The notes beneath the pieces were generated by a model that did not search any database, had not been told where the DNA came from, and worked only from the letters and a program-made list of their open reading frames with translations. From Candidatus Moraniibacteriota bacterium (GTDB lineage: Bacteria; Patescibacteriota; Minisyncoccia; JAHIHE01; JAGLIN01): a DNA stretch of 27,834 nucleotides. Below are positions 1-8,452 of this stretch, in pieces. A program made the position numbers and the translations under genes. The stretch is from assembly GCA_030641185.1 (NCBI GenBank), contig DAOWHY010000016.1:1-27834 (forward strand), in the 5' to 3' direction. The first letter of the stretch is position 1; every line of letters begins with the position of its first letter.

Positions 1-607
1 ACGTGGTGATAATGTCTGCGTTATCTGTTTTGGCTAAAAGCTCATTAAGATCTTTGATATCCAGATCTTCAACGATCGCTCCCACGATCAACGCATCCAA
101 AAGAGATAAACTGCCCTGTTCTGATAAATTTTGATACAATTCACCTAATTCAAGAGAAGTGAAAACTCCAATACCATCATCTTTGACCGGATCTTCTATC
201 CCATAACGATCCAAAAGAACCTTTATCGCATCTGTATGGGTTTGTTCTGATTTTGCAATGTTAGTAAAAATTTGTGTTCCCCATTTTTCTCCCAAAGTAT
301 TATAAACATCTCTTGCCAATTTTTCTTCTTCACGCATCAGAATAAGACCGGCAATTTCCTCCTCGCTTAATTGCGACTCTGGAATATCCTTGATCAATTC
401 ATTTCCTTCAACAAAATCGTTTTGGTCTATAATATATTCACCTGAGATTGATTGATCTTCTGGCGTATTCTGCGCTTCTTCTGTATTTGATATTTCTGGT
501 ATATTTGGTGTTTCTTGTGTTTCCGGTACATTAATATACCTAAATAATACAATTATGCTCAACAATAAAATTGCGAACCACACAAATTGTTTTTTTAAAT
601 TTTTCAT
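1..607 (-). CDS. DUF2202-type ferritin-like protein with N-terminal signal anchor; 3' end runs off the window
   Basis: The ORF is not in the track because it is truncated by the window edge. Hand translation from the ATG (complement of 605-607) gives MKNLKKQFVWFAILLLSIIVLF...LSEEEIAGLILMREEEKLARDVYNTLGEKWGTQIFTNIAKSEQTHTDAIKVLLDRYGIEDP. The frame stays open to position 1. The EEEKLARDVY...SEQTHTD motif is typical of DUF2202. Confidence 0.7.
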   Translation of the reverse strand, partial: MKNLKKQFVWFAILLLSIIVLFRYINVPETQETPNIPEISNTEEAQNTPEDQSISGEYIIDQNDFVEGNELIKDIPESQLSEEEIAGLILMREEEKLARDVYNTLGEKWGTQIFTNIAKSEQTHTDAIKVLLDRYGIEDPVKDDGIGVFTSLELGELYQNLSEQGSLSLLDALIVGAIVEDLDIKDLNELLAKTDNADIITT

Positions 608-753
608 AGTGTTGTTTAATTAATAAATATTTATTGATATAATAATAAATTTTCTCTATTAATTCAATATCTCTAATTTAAACCAACTATTTCTTTCACG
701 TTCAAAAAACCAACAAAAGAATACCGGCTAGTTTTTCCCATACAAGAAACATC

Positions 754-778
754 GGAAACTGGTTGCAAACCAGTTCCC
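754..778 (-). terminator. Hairpin downstream of the 66-aa ORF, possible terminator
   Basis: ggaaactggtt-gca-aaccagttccc forms 8 bp, one mismatch, then 2 bp. It lies about 25 nt past the stop at 803. The following T-run on the minus strand is weak. Confidence 0.35.
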
Positions 779-802
779 GCAATAGGATAATGTTTATCTT
801 TT

Positions 803-1003
803 CTACTCACTCATCTTCTCTACCACAAATAGAAAATCCACTTTACGCGTAACTCCATAGATTTGAAGCAAGGATGTTTTTGCGACATTTGGAATTATTG
901 AAATAACTTCTCCTTTTAAGTTATTCAAAAATTGTTCCAGCTTTTCCTGATCCTCGTCCATTTTAATGTCAAGCTTATGCACTTTATATTTTGCTTTAGT
1001 CAT
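803..1003 (-). CDS. Hypothetical small protein (66 aa)
   Basis: Track ORF MTKAKYKVHKLDIKMDEDQEKLEQFLNNLKGEVISIIPNV... It is co-directional with its neighbours and has sensible composition. No family was recognised. Confidence 0.5.
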   Translation of the reverse strand: MTKAKYKVHKLDIKMDEDQEKLEQFLNNLKGEVISIIPNVAKTSLLQIYGVTRKVDFLFVVEKMSE

Positions 1004-1033
1004 AATATTATATTAAATATTAAAACAATCTTG

Positions 1034-1113
1034 TGCAGGCGGTGGGAGTCGAACCCACACCCCGAAGGACACGGTCCTAAGCCGTGCGCGTATGCCAATT
1101 CCGCCACGCCTGC
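1034..1113 (-). tRNA. tRNA-Leu, anticodon UAG
   Basis: The reverse complement reads GCAGGCG-TG-GCGGAATTGGCATACGC-G-CACGG-CTTAGGA-CCGTG-TCCTTCGGGGT-GTGGG-TTCGACT-CCCAC-CGCCTGC-A. It folds into a full cloverleaf with a 7-bp acceptor stem, a TAG anticodon followed by G37, and the long variable arm expected for Leu. CCA is not encoded. Confidence 0.9.
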
Positions 1114-1123
1114 GTATTGGGTT

Positions 1124-1151
1124 ATTTTATATTAATGAGGATTTATGTCAA
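1124..1151 (-). promoter_or_regulatory. Sigma-70-like promoter for tRNA-Leu
   Basis: The minus strand reads TTGACA-N16-TAAAAT, with the -10 ending 10 nt before the tRNA 5' end. Confidence 0.5.
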
Positions 1152-1162
1152 ATTAGGTTGTA

Positions 1163-1262
1163 GGTAACAAAGTCATTGGCAGTAGAAATAGTCACAAGTC
1201 ATATGTCATAAGCTTATGACATATGACTAATAACTTATCTTACCGCCAATGACCTTGTTGCC
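1163..1262. repeat. Palindromic element (family F) of about 100 bp with a perfect 32-bp core palindrome
   Basis: The outer arms ggtaacaaagtcattggc and gccaatgaccttgttgcc are inverted repeats. The core agtcatatgtcataagcttatgacatatgact (1197-1228) is a perfect palindrome centred on AAGCTT. Confidence 0.75.
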
Positions 1263-1486
1263 TGTGACCGGTTTATATCTGTGGATAACTTTTTTGTATT
1301 ATTTTTTAAAAATGATAAAATAGAAAACAGGAGAGTGATAACAATGAGACTGATAAAAGATGTATTTGAGTTTTTCGGAGGAGTTATTAAACTTTTCGAA
1401 AGACCACGAACTGGCGCTGTATAACTTTGTTTTTTAAAAGTTTTCAGCGCTTTTATTTTTTTGCATTGAAAAAAATCAATATCCAT
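1235..1486 (-). CDS. Doubtful hypothetical membrane ORF (83 aa)
   Basis: Track ORF with one hydrophobic stretch (FISLIVITLLFSILSFL). It has no Shine-Dalgarno sequence, and its C-terminus is a translation of palindromic element F. Confidence 0.2.
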   Translation of the reverse strand: MDIDFFQCKKIKALKTFKKQSYTAPVRGLSKSLITPPKNSNTSFISLIVITLLFSILSFLKNNTKKLSTDINRSQATRSLAVR

Positions 1487-1533
1487 TTACTGTCTGCTAT
1501 TGTCTATTTACTTTTTTACAATCAGCCCATTTT

Positions 1534-1572
1534 AAAATCCCCTTAACCCCCTTTTTTCAAAGGGGGAATTTT
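1534..1572. repeat. GC-rich mini-palindrome (family E copy 1), positioned as terminator of the DUF4012 gene
   Basis: aaaatccccttaacccccttttttcaaagggggaatttt contains the stem cccccttt/aaaggggg. It lies 13 nt past the stop at 1585. Related copies are at 8628-8664 and 12281-12319. Confidence 0.6.
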
Positions 1573-1584
1573 AATATTCAATAT

Positions 1585-3822
1585 TTAATATCCAATATTT
1601 TCATTCGTAAACACAATCCCATAAACCCTATCAACATCCAAATCACTATCAACAACCATCTCATTTGAATTTCCGAATAATAAATTTTCCGAATTCCAAA
1701 TAACATTCCATTCCTGCGGCAATTTTATTGATCCTGAAAATTCAACATCAGAACTGCCGGGCTGTTTTTGAACTAAAACGCTATATTTATCAGCCGGCTT
1801 TGTGAAATCAGTGAAATTAATTTTATAAGGAAGTTTATATTTGTAAAAAACTTCCACTGTTTCTCCCGGACTTACATAAACCCAGTTTCCAAAAACGGTT
1901 TTTCCGGATTCTTCAAAAATCTGAGTTCCGCTATCAGTATCTATTTTGATAGTATCTTCAATTTTTTTAACATCAGGATCAATTTTGAAATCGCTGTAAT
2001 CAACAGGGGGTTCATAATCCTGCCAGGTATGCCCTCTCGCTTCCAACAAAACACTTCCCAATGGCACAAGTACTCTCATATAATCACAGTTAACGCGATT
2101 ATACCAATCATAATCACTTTCTCCGCCAGTGTGTTTTCTGATAATCCTAACCGTGTCTATTACAGAGCCATCGTTTGAAACTTCTGAATTGTGGATAATT
2201 TTTTCGTCTATGACAGCATCTGTTTTATAGCCGTTTATATTGCTATGCGCCACACTTAGATAATCGCCGCCGGAATCTAAGACTTGTCCTCCCCATCCCC
2301 TTTTAATTATTACATCATTTATTTCTGAATCTCTATGATAAAAAAGGATATGTTTTTCTTTAAAACTTTCTTCCATTATGCCGATAATATCTAAATATCT
2401 TTGCGCTTTTTTTTCAGAGTTTAAATCTTCAGTGTCAAACAACTCATCCATTATTTTGGGAGCAAGATCGGCTAAAATTTGTTTTGGTTTATTTCCTTCC
2501 TTGTCATATAATTCCTCAACTTGCAGCTGCGTCTCAGTAAGAAAATTATTTTTATCAATAACAATATTATATTCTGACATCTCAATCGGCCCGGTAACTT
2601 CCAGCATTTTTTCAAGTACCTTTGGTGTTATGGCTATAACACCGTCAACTGTCGGCCCGCCGGTTTTTTCATAAAATAACGCCACCTTTTTCGCGCTTGT
2701 CGGAAAATCAACAAACCAATTAGCGTCATGCATGCTCCATGCGTCGCTAATTTTTTGAATCGGAATTGGAGGAACTATTTTTTCCGTCAACTGTCCGTCT
2801 GGGTTGAATATCCCATCAATAAATAAGTTTTTTATCTTGCCGTCTTCTATATCAAGAATTCCATAACTGCCGACGAAACCTCCCGTCGCTCTCATTTCAC
2901 TGCTGTTCTGAAAAAGAAGCAGATATTCTTGCGGGCGTTCACTTCCAAATATTCTAGCTATAGCCGGAAAATCGTTTGATAAATTATTGAAATTTTTAGA
3001 AATTGCCGGCAGCTGACTTTTTGCCATTTCCATTTTTTCGCGCAAATCTTCCGGAATGTAACTTATGTTTACTTCTTCTATATTTTTTTGCGCGTTGTTT
3101 AAATTAAAAGCTATATTGTTTATATCTGTTTGAAAATCAAGGACAGAATTTAGAGAAAATCCGTCTTTGTCTAAACGCGTAATTTTATCCATTAGTCTTG
3201 AAATATTTTTTCCAACCAAAGATATGTTTTCTCCAGCTTCTGCTAAATTCTCGGCTGTGGAAATGGGAGTGTCTATTGGAATATTATTTAAAACAGATGC
3301 TATTCCAAAACCAAACTCATTTATCATTTCTTTTACATTAGAAAAATTTGTTGTCGCCAAATCAAAATTTTCAACACTGTTTTCAAAATCAGAATCAACT
3401 GCCGATCGTCCCGCCGACTTCAAATAATCATATGCCTGAGTTCCGACTCCGAGAACTTTGCCTTTTTGTTCAATGCTTTTTTGAATAAAAGATAAAGAAA
3501 AAATTATTGCTGGAATAAAAAGGATTATAAAAATAAAGAACGCGAAAGATTTTTTTAATTTTAAATTAAAAACTGGAAACGCTTTTGAAGATTTTATTTT
3601 TTTATAAAAGCTGTCTTGCTTAATTTGCTTAGTTTGTAATTCAATCTTTGGTTTAAGATTCTCTTTTCTGACAATCTCATAAACTATTTTATTTTTTTTA
3701 TTATCTATATCTTCTTGTCTTTTTTTTTCACCGGCAAAACAGCGTAAATCAATAACGCCTTTCATTTTTTGATCTCCTCTTTGATAAAGAAGCTTTGATT
3801 TTTTATTTGGAATAATGTCCAT
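1585..3822 (-). CDS. DUF4012 domain membrane-anchored protein (745 aa)
   Basis: There is an N-terminal TM segment (FAFFIFIILFIPAIIFSLSFI). The motif YLLLFQNSSEMRATGGFVGSYGILDIEDGKI matches the hallmark NxxExRxTGGFxGSYG core of DUF4012. Confidence 0.8.
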   Translation of the reverse strand: MDIIPNKKSKLLYQRGDQKMKGVIDLRCFAGEKKRQEDIDNKKNKIVYEIVRKENLKPKIELQTKQIKQDSFYKKIKSSKAFPVFNLKLKKSFAFFIFIILFIPAIIFSLSFIQKSIEQKGKVLGVGTQAYDYLKSAGRSAVDSDFENSVENFDLATTNFSNVKEMINEFGFGIASVLNNIPIDTPISTAENLAEAGENISLVGKNISRLMDKITRLDKDGFSLNSVLDFQTDINNIAFNLNNAQKNIEEVNISYIPEDLREKMEMAKSQLPAISKNFNNLSNDFPAIARIFGSERPQEYLLLFQNSSEMRATGGFVGSYGILDIEDGKIKNLFIDGIFNPDGQLTEKIVPPIPIQKISDAWSMHDANWFVDFPTSAKKVALFYEKTGGPTVDGVIAITPKVLEKMLEVTGPIEMSEYNIVIDKNNFLTETQLQVEELYDKEGNKPKQILADLAPKIMDELFDTEDLNSEKKAQRYLDIIGIMEESFKEKHILFYHRDSEINDVIIKRGWGGQVLDSGGDYLSVAHSNINGYKTDAVIDEKIIHNSEVSNDGSVIDTVRIIRKHTGGESDYDWYNRVNCDYMRVLVPLGSVLLEARGHTWQDYEPPVDYSDFKIDPDVKKIEDTIKIDTDSGTQIFEESGKTVFGNWVYVSPGETVEVFYKYKLPYKINFTDFTKPADKYSVLVQKQPGSSDVEFSGSIKLPQEWNVIWNSENLLFGNSNEMVVDSDLDVDRVYGIVFTNENIGY

Positions 3823-3919
3823 GATTAAAATATATTTTAGTGAATAACAATAATTTTAGTTGACTTTTTTTGTTGCTATGATAGGATTTATATAAAAGAA
3901 AATCTGGAGGGAAATAAAA

Positions 3920-4099
3920 ATGATAGACAGAATAATAAGTATAATTATTTTATTAAGTCTTTTGTGGATCATTTTGGTCCTAAATAGAAATAATAAAAAA
4001 TTAGACAAAATGTCTGCAGAAACGAAGAACAGACAAGAAATGACCCGCGAACAAGTAGAAAAAGAAATGGACGAACTAAACGAAATAAATGAACAATAA
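3920..4099 (+). CDS. Small membrane-anchored protein (59 aa, below the track cutoff)
   Basis: A GGAGGG Shine-Dalgarno sequence lies 8 nt upstream of the ATG. The translation is MIDRIISIIILLSLLWIILVLNRNNKKLDKMSAETKNRQEMTREQVEKEMDELNEINEQ. An intrinsic terminator follows directly. Confidence 0.55.
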   Translation: MIDRIISIIILLSLLWIILVLNRNNKKLDKMSAETKNRQEMTREQVEKEMDELNEINEQ

Positions 4100-4102
4100 T
4101 GT

Positions 4103-4127
4103 AAGCTGGCAACAGCTTATTTTTTTT
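4103..4127 (+). terminator. Intrinsic terminator between convergent genes
   Basis: aagctg-gcaa-cagctt is followed by attttttt. Confidence 0.6.
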
Positions 4128-4145
4128 ATTTTAAAATTGAAGCCC

Positions 4146-5297
4146 TTACTCCAAAATAATATTCAATATCTTTCCATAAATCTCCATCGTCTCTCTCCCC
4201 ATCCTCTCCCAGCTATATTTTCTAATCTGCCTAAATCCTTTTTCTCTCAATTCATTATACAACTTTTTATCAGTTAGAACCAATTTCATTTTCTCAGCCA
4301 TTTCTTCTGGATTGTTTGGATTGAAATATATTGCCGCGTCGCCTAACACTTCAGGCAAACTGGTTTTATTTGAGGAGACAACCGGAGTTCCACAGGCCAT
4401 AGCTTCAAGCCCGATAAGTCCGAAGCCTTCATAAAAAGAAGGTATAACAAAAATTTCCGCGGCATTATAAAACAACGGCAGCTCTTCTTGTTTTATAAAT
4501 CCAGTTCTGATTATTTTTTTTTCTAGTCCTAATTTTTCCCATGTTTTTCTTACTTCCGGATAGTAAGGATCTTCTTTGCCACCTAACACGAGCTGGTAAT
4601 TTAATTTATATTTATTTTTCAGGACACCAAAAGCTTTAACCAGTCCGACTAAATTTTTATGATTTCTCCATACGCCAGTGTAAAAAATAAACGGTTTTGT
4701 TATATTATATTTTTTTTTAATTTCAGTGATTTTTTGATTATTGTTAATTATTTTAAACTGACTATCAGCTCCCTCATAAATTACCTTAATTTTATTTTCC
4801 TTGATTTTAAAATACTTAACAATATCACTTTTTGTATTTTCAGAAACTGCTATTACTTTTGACGCTTTCTTAACTGATGAAAAAAATACCGTTCTAAATC
4901 CGATCTTTCTTATAACAGATTTCATTTTATGTCCGGGGAAGAAATATGGAGTGACATCATGAATGGTAACTATTGATTTTTTAAAATACAGAACCGGTGA
5001 ATTAAAATGCGTAAAATGCATTAAATCCAAATTTTCTTTATATAACTCAATTGGAAATAAAATCTGTTCTTTCCATCCATACCATTTTGCGGAAACTTTT
5101 ATTTTTCTTATTCTTTCATTCGGCAATTCAAAATTATCATACTCTTCGGGCAACAAAAAAATGACATAGTTATTTTCTTTGTCTAATTCAAAAATATATT
5201 TGAGCAAATGACGGATATAATTTCCAATCCCCGTCTGCGCATACCCATACATCCGCGCATCAATGCCGATTTTATATTTTTTGGATTTAGTTGACAT
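4146..5297 (-). CDS. Glycosyltransferase family 4 (GT4 no. 1)
   Basis: The C-terminal motif [40 protein letters not shown] is the GT4 EX7E region. The start is moved to MSTKSKKYKIGIDAR (ATG at 5297) because the 18-codon upstream extension looks non-coding. Confidence 0.85.
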   Translation of the reverse strand: MSTKSKKYKIGIDARMYGYAQTGIGNYIRHLLKYIFELDKENNYVIFLLPEEYDNFELPNERIRKIKVSAKWYGWKEQILFPIELYKENLDLMHFTHFNSPVLYFKKSIVTIHDVTPYFFPGHKMKSVIRKIGFRTVFFSSVKKASKVIAVSENTKSDIVKYFKIKENKIKVIYEGADSQFKIINNNQKITEIKKKYNITKPFIFYTGVWRNHKNLVGLVKAFGVLKNKYKLNYQLVLGGKEDPYYPEVRKTWEKLGLEKKIIRTGFIKQEELPLFYNAAEIFVIPSFYEGFGLIGLEAMACGTPVVSSNKTSLPEVLGDAAIYFNPNNPEEMAEKMKLVLTDKKLYNELREKGFRQIRKYSWERMGRETMEIYGKILNIILE

Positions 5298-5331
5298 AGT
5301 ATGAATTATGTTTATAATTTTGTTGGAGGAA

Positions 5332-5550
5332 ATGAAAATGGAAAAATACACAAAAAAGGAAATAATAACGACTGGGGCGTTTGGTATTGGCGTAGTAGTA
5401 TTTTTGATAATTATCGGTACAGTAGAATTATTGCGCGAAATATTATTTACTGTTCGAAAAACATTATTCTTAATAGAAATTATAATCGGGATATTTCTAA
5501 TACCATTCGTTTTATTAACACCAAGCCGTCCAACAAAAAAATTATTTTAA
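5332..5550 (+). CDS. Small two-TM membrane protein (about 72 aa)
   Basis: This is track ORF 5308..5550. GGAGGA sits just upstream of the internal ATG at 5332. Two hydrophobic helices are present. Confidence 0.45.
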   Translation: MKMEKYTKKEIITTGAFGIGVVVFLIIIGTVELLREILFTVRKTLFLIEIIIGIFLIPFVLLTPSRPTKKLF

Positions 5551-5579
5551 ATAATTATAGCTGAAAAGCTATTTTTTTC

Positions 5580-5608
5580 TTGACTTATAAAATTTATTGG
5601 TCTACTAT
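5580..5608 (+). promoter_or_regulatory. Sigma-70-like promoter
   Basis: TTGACT-N17-TACTAT lies 20 nt upstream of the ORF starting at 5629. Confidence 0.5.
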
Positions 5609-5628
5609 TTTTATTATGGAGAGATATA

Positions 5629-5820
5629 ATGGAACAAGAATTAAAACACACATTAGCAAGAATTATTTCTATAGCATTTTTTGCGAGTTTGACTGTTATT
5701 GTGGTGTGTTTAACATCACAAGTGCCAGCTGTGCTATTAGGTAGTTTTTGTTTGGCAGCCATATTTGCTGACATCATAGTAGATTTTTTTGTGCCTCAAA
5801 CAAAAATAGAGACGCAATAA
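5629..5820 (+). CDS. Small two-TM membrane protein (63 aa)
   Basis: A GGAGAG Shine-Dalgarno sequence lies 5 nt before the ATG and a promoter is just upstream. The hydrophobic segments are IISIAFFASLTVIVVCL and VLLGSFCLAAIFADIIV. Confidence 0.5.
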   Translation: MEQELKHTLARIISIAFFASLTVIVVCLTSQVPAVLLGSFCLAAIFADIIVDFFVPQTKIETQ

Positions 5821-5886
5821 TTTTCTACTTTTTTATTGACTTTATTTAGAATTTCGTTAAGATGAAATAAAAAGGAGGAATAATCT

Positions 5887-6480
5887 TTGTCATTAAAAGA
5901 TGAATTTTATAAAAGAATAAGAGAACTTGTTATATCTATTGCAAAAAAGCTACCGTCGCAGATAAATCCAAACACATTAACTTTATTGGGATTATTATTT
6001 GCCTTATTGGCAGGATTATCATTTGCGTTCGGGGAAATTGTTTGTGCTATAGTATTCATGCTTGTAAGTGGATTTCTTGATTTACTTGATGGAGCCGTTG
6101 CAGAAGCGAATGATAAAAAAACCGAGTTTGGAGGGGTATTGGATTCGGTGAGTGATCGTTACGCTGATGTTTTGATAATAACTGGGATTATGTTGGGTTA
6201 TTCACTCAACATCAGCACCTTTTGGTTTTTAGTGGGAATTTCTGCCGTAGTTGGTTCAATTCTAGTAAGTTATGTCAGAGCTAAAGGAGAAAGAGTACTA
6301 AACGAAAGAATAACAGTAGGAATCGCAGACCGTCCGGCGAGAATCGTGCTAATCATAGCCGGGGCAATATTTGAATGCATGAATTTCGCCATTTTGGCAG
6401 TAGCAATTCTGTCTCATTTTACAGTATGGCAAAGGATGCAACTAATTAAAAAGAAATTAGAAAAAAAGAAGAATAAATAA
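5887..6480 (+). CDS. CDP-alcohol phosphatidyltransferase family protein
   Basis: DLLDGAVAE...FGGVLDSVSDRYAD fits the D-x2-DG-x2-AR...G-x3-D-x3-D signature. The protein is multi-TM. It uses a TTG start preceded by AAAGGAGG. Confidence 0.8.
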   Translation: MSLKDEFYKRIRELVISIAKKLPSQINPNTLTLLGLLFALLAGLSFAFGEIVCAIVFMLVSGFLDLLDGAVAEANDKKTEFGGVLDSVSDRYADVLIITGIMLGYSLNISTFWFLVGISAVVGSILVSYVRAKGERVLNERITVGIADRPARIVLIIAGAIFECMNFAILAVAILSHFTVWQRMQLIKKKLEKKKNK

Positions 6481-6498
6481 TAATAAATATGTCTGTCA

Positions 6499-6531
6499 TC
6501 TCCCGTGAATTTCATTGGGAGAATTTTTTTA
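6499..6531 (+). terminator. Intrinsic terminator between convergent genes
   Basis: tctccc-(12 nt)-gggaga is followed by a T7 run. Confidence 0.55.
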
Positions 6532-7680
6532 TTCCAAAATAAAATCCAGTGTTTCTCTTGCGCACTTGTGCCAGGAGAATTTTTTTGTCTGTTCAAATCC
6601 TTTTTTAATCAAAGTATCTTTCAATTGATCATCATTTAAAACCGTTTCCATGGCTCTATAAAGCTCGTCTAAATTATAAGGATTGATCATAATAGCCGCA
6701 TCCCCGACCGCTTCCGGTAAAGATGAAAAGTTTGAGGTTATCACGGGGGTTCCACAAGCCATTGCTTCAAGCGGAGGAAAACCAAAACCTTCATAAAAAG
6801 AAGGGTAAACAAAAAGTTCAGCCTGGTTGTATAAGATTGATTTGTCTTCATCATCAATAAATCCCGTAAAAATTATATCATTTTTTACTGGCGAATTTTT
6901 TACTGTTTTAAAAATATCCCTGTAAAGCCAGCCTTTAGATCCAGCAATAACTAATTTATAGTCTTCTGCAGGCGACATTCGCGAATGTCGCCTTCGTTTA
7001 AATATTTCAAAAGCTTCAACTAATCCAATTATATTTTTGCGCGGCTCAAGTGTTCCTAAATACAAAATATATTTTTCCGGCAAATTGTATTTCTTTCTGA
7101 TTTTCTTAATTTTTGATTCTTGATTTGTAATTCGTAATTCTTGATCTATCCCTGAATAAATCACTTTTATTTTTTCAGGGTTAATATTATATAATCCGAC
7201 CAGATCATTTTTCGTTGATTCTGAAACAGCTATTATTTTGTCTGTCTTACGCGCCTGTTTTTTGGGATTCATTGAAAAATGCCAGTAATTTTTGCTGGCA
7301 GAATAAAATTCCGGATATTTTTCAAAACTAAGATCATGAAAAGTCATCACGCTTTTGCATTTTTTTGACACTGACGATAGGAATATATGCGGTGAAAAAA
7401 ACACATCGACTTCTTTCAGTAGCTTATCTATTTTGGGATAATTAAAAAAATATAAAGAAGCATCTAAAAATCTATTTGGAATTCTGTATTGCCTAAGTTC
7501 AACATTTGGAAATTTTAACCAGTCATAATCAAGTTCAATTTTTTTATATCCATTGTAAAAAAGCTTGAACTTGATGCTCTTGTCCAAGCTAAGCATATTT
7601 GCGAGAAGATTGACTGTATATTCTTCAACGCCGGTTTTCATCCCCCGTGCCAGCATTCTAATATCAATTCCGATAATCAT
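6529..7680 (-). CDS. Glycosyltransferase family 4 (GT4 no. 2)
   Basis: [40 protein letters not shown] is present. The protein is a paralog of GT4 no. 1 along its whole length. Confidence 0.85.
   Translation of the reverse strand: MIIGIDIRMLARGMKTGVEEYTVNLLANMLSLDKSIKFKLFYNGYKKIELDYDWLKFPNVELRQYRIPNRFLDASLYFFNYPKIDKLLKEVDVFFSPHIFLSSVSKKCKSVMTFHDLSFEKYPEFYSASKNYWHFSMNPKKQARKTDKIIAVSESTKNDLVGLYNINPEKIKVIYSGIDQELRITNQESKIKKIRKKYNLPEKYILYLGTLEPRKNIIGLVEAFEIFKRRRHSRMSPAEDYKLVIAGSKGWLYRDIFKTVKNSPVKNDIIFTGFIDDEDKSILYNQAELFVYPSFYEGFGFPPLEAMACGTPVITSNFSSLPEAVGDAAIMINPYNLDELYRAMETVLNDDQLKDTLIKKGFEQTKKFSWHKCARETLDFILE
6971..6992. repeat. Perfect 22-bp GC-rich palindrome inside the GT4 no. 2 coding sequence
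   Basis: ggcgacattcg/cgaatgtcgcc encodes RRHSRMSP at a position where GT4 no. 1 is several residues shorter. Confidence 0.8.
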
Positions 7681-7703
7681 AATGATATTTATTTAAATAC
7701 CTC

Positions 7704-7829
7704 TTGTCGTTGCGAGAAGCCCGAGCGAGCGTAGCGAACGAAAAGGCGACGAAGCAATCCCGTGATTAAATTCTTTGCGCGTAGTTACGGGATTGCTTCG
7801 TCGCTCTGCGGAGCTCCCCGCAATGACAA
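7704..7829. mobile_element. Family A palindromic element, gene-less copy A1 (inverted relative to the others)
   Basis: The sequence is ttgtcgttgcgagaagcccgagcgagcgtagcgaacg...gacgaagcaatcccgt-[loop]-acgggattgcttcgtc...ccccgcaatgacaa. It fills the spacer between the Wzz-like stop and the GT4 no. 2 start. Confidence 0.85.
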
Positions 7830-7830
7830 A

Positions 7831-8451
7831 CTAAGACAATGAAAAATACCTTCTTAAAAAAACAACAAAAACTCCTAACGCCATTCCTGAAATTAATCCA
7901 ATAATCAAATTCAAAATTGCGTCTGGCCTGCTTTCAACTATTACTGGATTTTCACTACTGACAAGAAAAGATATTTCTTGCTCGCTGGATTCTTTTAATT
8001 TTTCAACTTTGGCGTTTATTATTTCTGTGGTAGCCGTTGAAATTTTTTTTGCCTCTTCTGTCGCGCTACTTTTAAATTTTACTTCCACATATTGCGGAGA
8101 CATTTTTTTAGCGATAAATTTTTTCGTGTAGCTTTTTATATTTTTAAATTCTGAATCAACTTGTGCTCTTCTATAAATCGCGTTTACCGTTTCTGGGCTT
8201 TTTAGCCATTGTTCAATGGAATTTGCCATTATTTCGCTACTCTGGAGGGCGTAATAACCATCGTATTTAAAATCGTCAGTTGTTTGCGTTTTGTCTTTAG
8301 CTATTGTTAAAGACAAAGATGTTTCATATTCAATCGGCTGCGCGACCGAAAACACAAAAGCGGACACGGCTGTAATGATGCTGATAACTATAATTAGTTT
8401 AGAATTTTTTCTGATGATTTTTAGATATTCTTTTAGTTCCATATAATTCAT
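7831..8451 (-). CDS. Wzz/YveK-like polysaccharide co-polymerase (chain-length determinant)
   Basis: The protein has TM helices near both ends (IIVISIITAVSAFVFSV and LIIGLISGMALGVFVVFL) flanking a soluble domain. LKEYLKIIRKNSKLI is a Wzz-type N-terminus. The start is moved to MNYMELKEY (8451) so that it no longer overlaps the upstream gene. Confidence 0.6.
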   Translation of the reverse strand: MNYMELKEYLKIIRKNSKLIIVISIITAVSAFVFSVAQPIEYETSLSLTIAKDKTQTTDDFKYDGYYALQSSEIMANSIEQWLKSPETVNAIYRRAQVDSEFKNIKSYTKKFIAKKMSPQYVEVKFKSSATEEAKKISTATTEIINAKVEKLKESSEQEISFLVSSENPVIVESRPDAILNLIIGLISGMALGVFVVFLRRYFSLS

Positions 8452-8452
8452 T

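Noticed and set aside
932-1135. Plus-strand 67-aa track ORF
   Set aside because: It overlaps the well-folded tRNA-Leu and runs antisense to the 66-aa ORF. Its translation is low-complexity.
2378-3427. Plus-strand track ORFs 2378..2674 and 3167..3427
   Set aside because: They are antisense shadows inside the DUF4012 gene. Their composition is Ser/Phe/Ile-rich, as is typical of reverse-frame reading, and they have no Shine-Dalgarno sequence.
4089-5169. Plus-strand track ORFs 4089..4277, 4659..4862 and 4963..5169
   Set aside because: They are antisense to GT4 no. 1, which has clear family motifs.
5301-5777. Track ORFs 5301..5564 (+) and 5547..5777 (-)
   Set aside because: The first is an alternative frame of the better-supported ORF 5332..5550. 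The second is antisense to the promoter- and Shine-Dalgarno-supported ORF 5629..5820.
6414-6596. Minus-strand 60-aa track ORF
   Set aside because: It spans the convergent terminator and overlaps the ends of two well-supported genes.
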